Positions 54,140 to 64,000 of a stretch of 64,000 bases of DNA are shown here, piece by piece. The stretch is from Octopus sinensis. Lineage: Eukaryota. The notes below the pieces were generated by a model. The model was not told the origin of the DNA. It searched no databases and saw only the letters and a list, made by a program, of their open reading frames with translations. The position numbers and the translations under genes are program-made. The stretch lies in assembly GCF_006345805.1 (NCBI RefSeq), contig NC_042997.1:18166001-18230000 (forward strand), read 5' to 3'. Positions within the stretch are counted from its first letter, which is position 1, and each line of letters starts with the position of its first letter.

Positions 54140-54686
54140 AGGGCTTAGTAAAATAAATTACTTTGCCACATACTGAACTCATTAGAAATAGCAGCTAAAG
54201 AAATTTCTTCAGCTATTTCTAATACTTAAAGAAGATCTCTCTCAGATAGTGTTTGCCTAAACCAACTCACAAAAGTATGGGGGAAAAAACATTAAAAATC
54301 AAGTGCAAAGGTTATTTGAGAACGTACGTTTCTAGATTAGTCAATTCGACATTCTTTCTTCAGCTCAGAATTCCTTGAATCGGATTTGGGAACACTGAAA
54401 GTCGGGAGCATACCCTTTCGGCTTCTAATCACCTCTAGAATTCTGCTCGAACTAAAAGTGCTATCAAATTCGAATTTGAATTCGCCTATAATGGTCCCTT
54501 TACATACTGAATACTTGGTGAAATTGATTAATAATTAATTAATTTTACCCTCAATTGTTGAAATTATAATTCATCTCTCTCTGCTAAATGCTGCGGTTTT
54601 CACCGTTAATACATGGTGTTTCTCAAGTTTAACCCACGCTGGTGGAAAGGGGAGAGCAGAAATTCTTCGCTTGCATATTCGAATTT
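54138..54686. mobile_element. Diverged homologous monomer (type B) of the hammerhead array, with one half inverted
   Basis: 54138-54239 is an imperfect reverse complement of the array terminus; 54480-54686 matches the monomer middle in sense orientation; halves meet at palindrome caaattcgaatttg (54465-54478). Confidence 0.75.
54311..54373 (-). ncRNA. Antisense minimal type I hammerhead ribozyme
   Basis: Minus strand: gaattctgag-CTGAAGA-aagaatgtcgaattgactaatcta-GAAAC-gtac-GTT-ctcaaataac; stem I tgag/ctca. Confidence 0.7.
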
Positions 54687-55093
54687 GAGATCTCCCTTTT
54701 TAGTAGGAGAAATAGCTATAACCCTTTGACTGCTATTTCTAAATTCGGTATGTGGTAAGGCAACTCGTTGCTAAACCCTTATTGCTTAGTATTACTTAAA
54801 TTTTCCTCAAATGAGGCTTTTACATGCCGAAGACTACTTGGTGTAATTGATAATTTTTCCAAATTAATTAATTTCACCCTTCATTATTACGGATAACCAT
54901 ATTTTATCTCAGTAGATGACCACAGCATCTTGTTTTGGCTACACGCGGGTGGGAAGGGGCTGTTGACACAATCGTTTCATTCACAAATTGAATTCGGTGT
55001 GATACCAGTTGCGGATTCTAGCTCGCTCTGATACTGAGTTGAGTTGGTGCCTTCTGGTATCTCAAAATTCATATATAATCATTTATGATTATA

Positions 55094-55211
55094 GTATTCT
55101 ACGCTGAGAGAAAAGAAGTTTCGGTAAGATAGAATTATTTAATATTTAATATTTAATTCTTATGCTTTCCTTAAAACTTGATTTCGAAACGTACGTACGT
55201 CCGTGGATAAC
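55094..55211 (+). ncRNA. Type I hammerhead, copy 1 (core CTGA-GA, duplicated gtac)
   Basis: tctacg-CTGAGA...GAAAC-gtacgtac-GTC-cgtgga; cleavage predicted after 55201. Confidence 0.6.
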
Positions 55212-55694
55212 TAAAAAATGTATGATAGATTGCAGTCAATTCATTCTCTCTTACCTGTTTGTGTCTGCCTTCCAAATGCTGTTTTTACTGAGATCTCCCT
55301 TTTTAGTAGGAGAAATAGCTATAACCCTTTGACTGCTATTTCTAAATTCGGTATGTGGTAAGGCAACTCGTTGCTAAACCTTATTGCTTAGTATTACTTA
55401 AATTTTCCTCAAATGAGGCTTTTACATGCCGAAGACTACTTGGTGTAATTGATAATTTTTCCAAATTAATTAATTTCACCCTTCATTATTACGGATAACC
55501 ATATTTTATCACAGTAGATGACCACAGCATCTTGTTTTGGCTACACGCGGGTGGGAAGGGGCTGTTGACACAATCGTTTCATTCACAAATTGAATTCGGT
55601 GATACCAGTTGCGGATTCTAGCTCGCTCTGATACTGAGTTGAGTTGGTGCCTTCTGGTATCTCAAAATTCAATATATAATCATTTATGATTATA

Positions 55695-55808
55695 GTATTC
55701 TACGCTGAAGAGAAAAGAAGTTTCGGTAAGATAGAATTATTTAATATTAATATTTAATTCTTATGCTTTCCTTAAAACTTGATTTCGAAACGTACGTCCG
55801 TGGATAAC
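55695..55808 (+). ncRNA. Minimal type I hammerhead, copy 2
   Basis: CTGAAGA 55705, GAAAC 55787, gtac, GTC 55796-55798; stem I tctacg/cgtgga; stem II gaaa/tttc, aagttt/aaactt, gaatta/taattc. Confidence 0.85.
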
Positions 55809-56292
55809 TAAAAAATGTATGATAGATTGCAGTCAATTCATTCTCTCTTACCTGTTTGTGTCTGCCTTCCAAATGCTGTTTTTACTGAGATCTCCCTTTT
55901 TAGTAGGAGAATAGCTATAACCCTTTGACTGCTATTTCTAAATTCGGTATGTGGTAAGGCAACTCGTTGCTAAACCCTTATTGCTTAGTATTACTTAAAT
56001 TTTCCTCAAATGAGGCTTTTACATGCCGAAGACTACTTGGTGTAATTGATAATTTTTCCAAATTAATTAATTTCACCCTTCATTATTACGGATAACCATA
56101 TTTTATCTCAGTAGATGACCACAGCATCTTGTTTTGGCTACACGCGGGTGGGAAGGGGCTGTTGACACAATCGTTTCATTCACAAATTGAATTCGGTGTG
56201 ATACCAGTTGCGGATTCTAGCTCGCTCTGATACTGAGTTGAGTGGTGCCTTCTGGTATCTCAAAATTCAATATATAATCATTTATGATTATA

Positions 56293-56407
56293 GTATTCTA
56301 CGCTGAAGAGAAAAGAAGTTTCGGTAAGATAGAATTATTTAATATTTAATATTTAATTCTTATGCTTTCCTTAAAACTTGATTTCGAAACGTACGTCCGT
56401 GGATAAC
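56293..56407 (+). ncRNA. Minimal type I hammerhead, copy 3
   Basis: CTGAAGA 56303; GTC 56395-56397. Confidence 0.85.
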
Positions 56408-56891
56408 TAAAAAAATGTATGATAGATTGCAGTCAATCATTCTCTCTTACCTGTTTGTGTCTGCCTTCCAAATGCTGTTTTTACTGAGATCTCCCTTTTT
56501 AGTAGGAGAAATAGCTATAACCCTTTGACTGCTATTTCTAAATTCGGTATGTGGTAAGGCAACTCGTTGCTAAACCCTTATTGCTTAGTATTACTTAAAT
56601 TTTCCTCAAATGAGGCTTTTACATGCCGAAGACTACTTGGTGTAATTGATAATTTTTCCAAATTAATTAATTTCACCCTTCATTATTACGGATAACCATA
56701 TTTTATCTCAGTAGATGACCACAGCATCTTGTTTTGGCTACACGCGGGTGGGAAGGGGCTGTTGACACAATCGTTTCATTCACAAATTGAATTCGGTGAT
56801 ACCAGTTGCGGATTCTAGCTCGCTCTGATACTGAGTTGAGTTGGTGCCTTCTGGTATCTCAAAATTCAATATATAATCATTTATGATTATA

Positions 56892-57006
56892 GTATTCTAC
56901 GCTGAAGAGAAAAGAAGTTTCGGTAAGATAGAATTATTTAATATTTAATATTTAATTCTTATGCTTTCCTTAAAACTTGATTTCGAAACGTACGTCCGTG
57001 GATAAC
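56892..57006 (+). ncRNA. Minimal type I hammerhead, copy 4
   Basis: CTGAAGA 56902; GTC 56994-56996. Confidence 0.85.
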
Positions 57007-57490
57007 TAAAAAAATGTATGATAGATTGCAGTCAATTCATTCTCTCTTACCTGTTTGTGTCTGCCTTCCAAATGCTGTTTTTACTGAGATCTCCTTTTTA
57101 GTAGGAGAAATAGCTATAACCCTTTGACTGCTATTTCTAAATTCGGTATGTGGTAAGGCAACTCGTTGCTAAACCCTTATTGCTTAGTATTACTTAAATT
57201 TTCCTCAAATGAGGCTTTTACATGCCGAAGACTACTTGGTGTAATTGATAATTTTTCCAAATTAATTAATTTCACCCTTCATTATTACGGATAACCATAT
57301 TTTATCTCAGTAGATGACCACAGCATCTTGTTTTGGCTACACGCGGGTGGGAAGGGGCTGTTGACACAATCGTTTCATTCACAAATTGAATTCGGTGATA
57401 CCAGTTGCGGATTCTAGCTCGCTCTGATACTGAGTTGAGTTGGTGCCTTCTGGTATCTCAAAATTCAATATATAATCATTTATGATTATA

Positions 57491-57603
57491 GTATTCTACG
57501 CTGAGAGAAAAGAAGTTTCGGTAAGATAGAATTATTTAATATTTAATATTTAATTCTTATGCTTTCTTAAAACTTGATTTCGAAACGTACGTCCGTGGAT
57601 AAC
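57491..57603 (+). ncRNA. Type I hammerhead, copy 5 (1-nt core deletion)
   Basis: CTGAGA 57501; GTC 57591-57593. Confidence 0.6.
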
Positions 57604-58087
57604 TAAAAAAATGTATGATAGATTGCAGTCAATTCATTCTCTCTTACCTGTTGTGTCTGCCTTCCAAATGCTGTTTTTACTGAGATCTCCCTTTTTAGTA
57701 GGAGAAATAGCTATAACCCTTTGACTGCTATTTCTAAATTCGGTATGTGGTAAGGCAACTCGTTGCTAAACCCTTATTGCTTAGTATTACTTAAATTTTC
57801 CTCAAATGAGGCTTTTACATGCCGAAGACTACTTGGTGTAATTGATAATTTTTCCAAATTAATTAATTTCACCCTTCATTATTACGGATAACCATATTTT
57901 ATCTCAGTAGATGACCACAGCATCTTGTTTTGGCTACACGCGGGTGGGAAGGGGCTGTTGACACAATCGTTTCATTCACAAATTGAATTCGGTGATACCA
58001 GTTGCGGATTCTAGCTCGCTCTGATACTGAGTTGAGTTGGTGCCTTCTGGTATCTCAAAATTCAATATATAATCATTTATGATTATA

Positions 58088-58200
58088 GTATTCTACGCTG
58101 AGAGAAAAGAAGTTTCGGTAAGATAGAATTATTTAATATTTAATATTAATTCTTATGCTTTCCTTAAAACTTGATTTCGAAACGTACGTCCGTGGATAAC
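58088..58200 (+). ncRNA. Type I hammerhead, copy 6 (1-nt core deletion)
   Basis: CTGAGA 58098; GTC 58188-58190. Confidence 0.6.
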
Positions 58201-58684
58201 TAAAAAAATGTATGATAGATTGCAGTCAATTCATTCTCTCTTACCTGTTTGTGTCTGCCTTCCAAATGCTGTTTTTACTGAGATCTCCCTTTTTAGTAGG
58301 AGAAATAGCTATAACCCTTTGACTGCTATTTCTAAATTCGGTATGTGGTAAGGCAACTCGTTGCTAAACCCTTATTGCTTAGTATTACTTAAATTTTCCT
58401 CAAATGAGGCTTTTACATGCCGAAGACTACTTGGTGTAATTGATAATTTTTCCAAATTAATTAATTTCACCCTTCATTATTACGGATAACCATATTTTAT
58501 CTCAGTAGATGACCACAGCATCTTGTTTTGGCTACACGCGGGTGGAAAGGGCTGTTGACACAATCGTTTCATTCACAAATTGAATTCGGTGATACCAGTT
58601 GCGGATTCTAGCTCGCTCTGATACTGAGTTGAGTTGGTGCCTTCTGGTATCTCAAAATTCAATATATAATCATTTATGATTATA

Positions 58685-58798
58685 GTATTCTACGCTGAAG
58701 AGAAAAGAAGTTTCGGTAAGATAGAATTATTTAATATTTAATATTTAATTCTTATGCTTTCTTAAAACTTGATTTCGAAACGTACGTCCGTGGATAAC
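58685..58798 (+). ncRNA. Minimal type I hammerhead, copy 7
   Basis: CTGAAGA 58695; GTC 58786-58788. Confidence 0.85.
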
Positions 58799-59282
58799 TA
58801 AAAAAATGTATGATAGATTGCAGTCAATTCATTCTCTCTTACCTGTTTGTGTCTGCCTTCCAAATGCTGTTTTTACTGAGATCTCCCTTTTTAGTAGGAG
58901 AAATAGCTATAACCTTTGACTGCTATTTCTAAATTCGGTATGTGGTAAGGCAACTCGTTGCTAAACCCTTATTGCTTAGTATTACTTAAATTTTCCTCAA
59001 ATGAGGCTTTTACATGCCGAAGACTACTTGGTGTAATTGATAATTTTTCCAAATTAATTAATTTCACCCTTCATTATTACGGATAACCATATTTTATCTC
59101 AGTAGATGACCACAGCATCTTGTTTTGGCTACACGCGGGTGGGAAGGGGCTGTTGACACAATCGTTTCATTCACAAATTGAATTCGGTGATACCAGTTGC
59201 GGATTCTAGCTCGCTCTGATACTGAGTTGAGTTGGTGCCTTCTGGTATCTCAAAATTCAATATATAATCATTTATGATTATA

Positions 59283-59396
59283 GTATTCTACGCTGAAGAG
59301 AAAAGAAGTTTCGGTAAGATAGAATTATTTAATATTAATATTTAATTCTTATGCTTTCCTTAAAACTTGATTTCGAAACGTACGTCCGTGGATAAC
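59283..59396 (+). ncRNA. Minimal type I hammerhead, copy 8
   Basis: CTGAAGA 59293; GTC 59384-59386. Confidence 0.85.
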
Positions 59397-59879
59397 TAAA
59401 AAATGTATGATAGATTGCAGTCAATTCATTCTCTCTTACCTGTTTGTGTCTGCCTTCCAAATGCTGTTTTTACTGAGATCTCCCTTTTTAGTAGGAGAAA
59501 TAGCTATAACCCTTTGACTGCTATTTCTAAATTCGGTATGTGGTAAGGCAACTCGTTGCTAAACCCTTATTGCTTAGTATTACTTAAATTTTCCTCAAAT
59601 GAGGCTTTTACATGCCGAAGACTACTTGGTGTAATTGATAATTTTTCCAAATTAATTAATTTCACCCTTCATTATTACGGATAACCATATTTTATCTCAG
59701 TAGATGACCACAGCATCTTGTTTTGGCTACACGCGGGTGGGAAGGGGCTGTTGACACAATCGTTTCATTCACAAATTGAATTCGGTGATACCAGTTGCGG
59801 ATTCTAGCTCGCTCTGATACTGAGTTGAGTTGGTGCCTTCTGGTATCTCAAAATTCAATATATATCATTTATGATTATA

Positions 59880-59994
59880 GTATTCTACGCTGAAGAGAAA
59901 AGAAGTTTCGGTAAGATAGAATTATTTAATATTTAATATTTAATTCTTATGCTTTCCTTAAAACTTGATTTCGAAACGTACGTCCGTGGATAAC
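59880..59994 (+). ncRNA. Minimal type I hammerhead, copy 9
   Basis: CTGAAGA 59890; GTC 59982-59984. Confidence 0.85.
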
Positions 59995-62089
59995 TAAAAA
60001 AATGTATGATAGATTGCAGTCAATTCATTCTCTCTTACCTGTTGTGTCTGCCTTCCAAATGCTGTTTTTACTGAGATCTCCCTTTTTAGTAGGAGAAATA
60101 GCTATAACCCTTTGACTGCTATTTCTAAATTCGGTATGTGTAAGGCAACTCGTTGCTAAACCCTTATTGCTTAGTATATATATATATATATATATATACA
60201 GACATATATATATACATATATACATGGGCAAATAAAAAGAAAACAGGAGTCAGTTGGTCGTACACAGTGACTATATTAGATTGATGCTCTGTGAAAGTTT
60301 TAGATGGAAAAATAGGAGTGACGTTTCAATTTTGGAGGATTCCACTGAACAATTGTTGAAACTAATTTGCTTGAGACCAGTTCTTTTAGTATTTCTACAA
60401 CTTTATCCAGGTTACCAAGTGTCACTAGTAAGTGTTAAGTGTATAACGGTGGATGTATTCCATTTCAGTTGAAACACAGTAGAAATAATATTTAAGTTCT
60501 GAAAATAACTTTCTCTAAAATATTGGAAATTGTTGTTATAAGATTACCACCTATCTATTTTGTTTTGTTGTTCAGGTGGTATTTATCGTAATAGTAATGT
60601 CTGCCAAAAATAATATTCAAATAAGAATGTGTCTCAGGTTAGTCTAGGAATTCATTGATGCGAGATAGTACATTGTCACGGTTAAGGTTATTTGAATATG
60701 TTTTCAAACTAACATCCTCAACCCATGTAACATGACATGATTTATCCATTGATACTTGTACTGTTTGTATATATGAGTTGGTTCCTATGACTCTCCATCA
60801 CAACCCCAATCACAGTTTCATATATTAAACAGTTTCTCAGCTATTCATACTTATTGACTTCAAAATTGCTTGCTTAACACTAATCATTTTAGTTGATTGC
60901 AGATAGCTATACCATAACAATTTTTTTTTCTATTTTTATGGTAATCAGTTTCACTTTATTGAAAAATCTGAAAAGTAGACCAACATTATATTGATAAGCT
61001 GTTTTCAGATGAAGTTTTATTGAATGAGTAAGGAACTTAATACAATACAATGCAGTCTCAATAAATCTGCTCTGCAAATACCAAAGAATAAGGAAATAAT
61101 GAGATAGAAAAGATTGAAAAAATAAACAAGAATTTATTAACCAATCATGTCACAAACACAATAATGTTGAATTTCAGTGGAAAGGTTGCCAACTTTATAT
61201 TTTGCCATTTTTAACGTTTTTTCTATTTTTCATTTTATTTACTTTTTGTTAGGGTGGGAATCTTAATACTTTTGCAGTATTTGGGAATTAAGAAAGAAAG
61301 AGAGAGAGAAAGAAAGAAAGAACGAAATAAATAAATAAATAAATAAATAAATAAAACAACAAAGAAAATTATTTGGTTGAAAATTTCATCAAATTTTATT
61401 CCTGTTCTCTGGAAGAATTATTAGACGTAGATAATAATAATAAAAAAAAAGTGGTTGAAATACATTCACAACAAAATCTAATAACTTATCATTCTTTGTA
61501 TATCTAAAAAAAAATAACTTATTTAATTTTTATGCTATTTTGTCTTTCCTTTCGTGTATTTAATTGTATTTCCCTTCTTAGCTGTAAGAAATTAGAGTAT
61601 CCTCAGCCTTTTGATATTTTTTATGCTGAGAAAACATCTTGCATTGCAATTAAAGATTTTGGATAAAACTAACTGAAAACGAAATAAAATAAAAATGTAT
61701 TCCACGTTATGTCCAGTATGGTGAATATTTTGACAGTGTTATATTTATTGTAAATCGCTGAAAAATGGGAAGAATAATGTCATGAGTTATCGTGAATGAT
61801 ATTAAGTAAAAACGAAATCCTTGTGAGGAAAGTTTGCAACATGTTTCAAGAATTGTTTAGCACTTATTTTATATTTACACTGGGACGAAAAATATCACTT
61901 GCAGTTCGTTTTCATAATAAAAATTTCTTTCGTTTAGGCACAAGACAACAGCGTTTGAACTCGTAAGCAAAGTAATAACACCAAAACAGCAATACATTTT
62001 GTACAGTTCTTTAATTTCTCCGGCTGTGACCTTATATTATAATTAGAATTATGACACAGAAATGATAATGTATGCATGGGTTTTCTTTA

Positions 62090-62820
62090 ATCAGTAACTT
62101 TTATTCAAGTTCCTACTTAGACTATAATTCTTGGATATACCTTAGTGTGTCTGGGTAAGATTTCAAAATTACGAACACTAAGTAATCTTGCATGGAATGA
62201 TCTGACCTTCATCCCTCCCAACCCTGTCTTCGAGAGAGTACATAAACTGTACTGGAAATCAAACTTGGTAAATTTGGGGTAATATCAAGGAAAATTTTGG
62301 TAAATGAAGCCTAATTAGCATAACAAACCGATTATAACTGTCTCTAAGATTAAGCAATGCTTGAAAAGGAGTCTAAATCCATAGCTTGTGGGAAAAGCAT
62401 GGAAATCACAATTATATACATTAAAGAAATCAATAGAAAAGTCGAGATATCCAATGAAAAATGTACCAATTGCTCCACTTGCATTCTGGTGACTTGGATA
62501 TTCAAAAGAAACACTAAATCATTTTCTAAATGCTGTCGTCTAAATGAGCAAATATTTCTACATTATTGCATGCTATTAGACAGTTTACCCTAAGTTGTTG
62601 CTCTCCTAGTTTTGTTTTAATGTGTATCTAATGAAATAACAATGCTCCTATTTGTTGATTCTCTTAACTATCACAGAAAGATGTTGACCAAAGAAAGCAT
62701 AGATATAATTAAGAAAAATAAACCAATCACTCCAAAGAAGTTCTACAATGAAAGCCTGTTGGAACGATTTAATTTGCATTCTGATGGCTTTTTATACTCG
62801 GAAGAAACAGGACAAGTCTT
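62090..62820 (+). pseudogene. Possible degraded Penelope-like element 3' region (RT thumb, GIY-YIG tail, hammerhead-like remnant)
   Basis: SYLDYNS motif near 62107; YHRKMLTKESIDI resembles the GIY-YIG C-terminus; CTGATGG...GAAAC...GTC at about 62781-62818. Confidence 0.35.
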
Positions 62821-64000
62821 ATATATGCTCTCACCTGAAGGAACATATATAAATATATATTCATAAATAGATACGCGCACGCAAACACACACACGCACAC
62901 ACACATACACACACACACATACATATATATCCAAATATATTCAATGCTTGTTTCTATGTAAAGTTATATATAAAAATAGTTGAACATTAAATTGGAGGAT
63001 CAGTTAATATACTTTAGTAGGGTAACATATTCATTAGTTTTTACAAGATAAAAATTGGCAATGACTTCAAAGCTTTAGCTTATTAGCCGTCATCTGATTG
63101 TCTGATGACGGCTTATCCATCCATCCATCCATACATACATACATACATACATCCATACATCCATACATACACACATATGCACACACACATGCACACACAC
63201 TCACATACACGTATATATTCGGGTATGTTCATTATTCAATATTCAAATTCTGAATTTTAGCTTCCTAAGTCAACACCATCATCATCATCATCATCATAAG
63301 CATAGTCGTCATCACCATCATTAGCATAAATATCTGAATGGCTTGTATTTAAGCAAATTAAAAGATGTTTATGCATTATGTAATATACTGGATATAATTG
63401 AAATCGATAGAAATCAGTAGCATGTAGAACAAAGGAAAATTATGAGAAATATTTGTTCCAATACCGCAACTGGATGCATGGCAGTTCAAAGATGTCAGAA
63501 ATTCTTGGCATTGATATCATGAAAGAGAGACTCAATCAAAAATATAACAATGGTTTGAATCAAATGAATAGCTTCTCCATTGAACCGTCCAACCAAAGAT
63601 CAGTCTCAATATAACTGAGGAGGAGAAAAATAGTTGTAATACTTATAGATACGAAATAGCTAATCGAGAAATAATTTAAAGTACCGGCTCATAGGTTTTG
63701 ATTTCAAATCATCTGTAGATATTTCATTGGGTGTTTAAGTTACATATACAAGTCAGTTTATGCATGGCAATTCAATTAACTGATTATAATTACTAGATCA
63801 TCTGTCGTGTCTTAGCCAAATATATATTTACCTCCCACTTGCTTAAAGCTATAAAGCCAGAACATCAAACCATATATTTATTTGCCAAGACCTTAGGGAC
63901 AAAAGACAAGTAATAATTAAAGGCAGTAGAAAAACGAGCAGTGGTATTTAGTTGCCCTCTGTTGTTAAATAGTTCCTTCGTGTGCCGAGTTCAAACCCAG

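Larger units (their letters stand above)
54687..60176 (+). repeat. Tandem array of ~598-bp hammerhead-containing monomers (9 full + ~104 bp), retrozyme-like
   Basis: Unit starts gagatctccc at 54687, 55290, ... 60073; near-identical copies; no ORF in the track; ends in (TA)n. Confidence 0.95.

Noticed and set aside
54960-55015. Minus-strand hammerhead inside each array monomer (GAAAC-gattgt-GTC)
   Set aside because: No CTGANGA box upstream on that strand (CTGGTAT only), so monomers are not called ambisense.
54687-60176. CRISPR array, rDNA/5S or snRNA cluster interpretation of the tandem repeat
   Set aside because: Whole ~598-bp units are near-identical with no variable spacers, and no recognisable 5S, U-snRNA or tRNA motifs were seen. 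Several T5 runs argue against plus-strand Pol III transcription.

Overview
AT-rich, repeat-dense animal DNA (intergenic or intronic), most likely an octopus genome; this is inferred from the SINE families and dense (TA)n/(CA)n/(GATA)n microsatellites. No intact host protein-coding gene is supported, and most ORFs in the track are microsatellite or SINE read-throughs. The window holds tRNA-derived SINEs (4 families, some with TSDs) and decayed Tc1/mariner, Ty3/Gypsy, hAT, Tx1, RTE, HERO and Penelope-like (PLE) elements. It also holds a Helitron-type element, a Helentron-type HINE, a Tc2/pogo-like MITE and a CXC-domain transposon-like pseudogene. The standout is a (TA)n-embedded locus at 54138-60176. 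It is an array of about 9.2 near-identical ~598-bp non-coding monomers, each carrying a minimal type I hammerhead ribozyme motif (CTGAAGA, 75-nt stem II, GAAAC-gtac-GTC); three copies have a 1-nt core deletion. The array is fused to a diverged, half-inverted homologous monomer with its own antisense hammerhead and compensatory stem changes. This looks like an unusually large retrozyme-like, PLE-dependent ribozyme/circRNA system. Several smaller (TA)n-inserted fold-back elements with hammerhead remnants point to a related PLE-driven mechanism.
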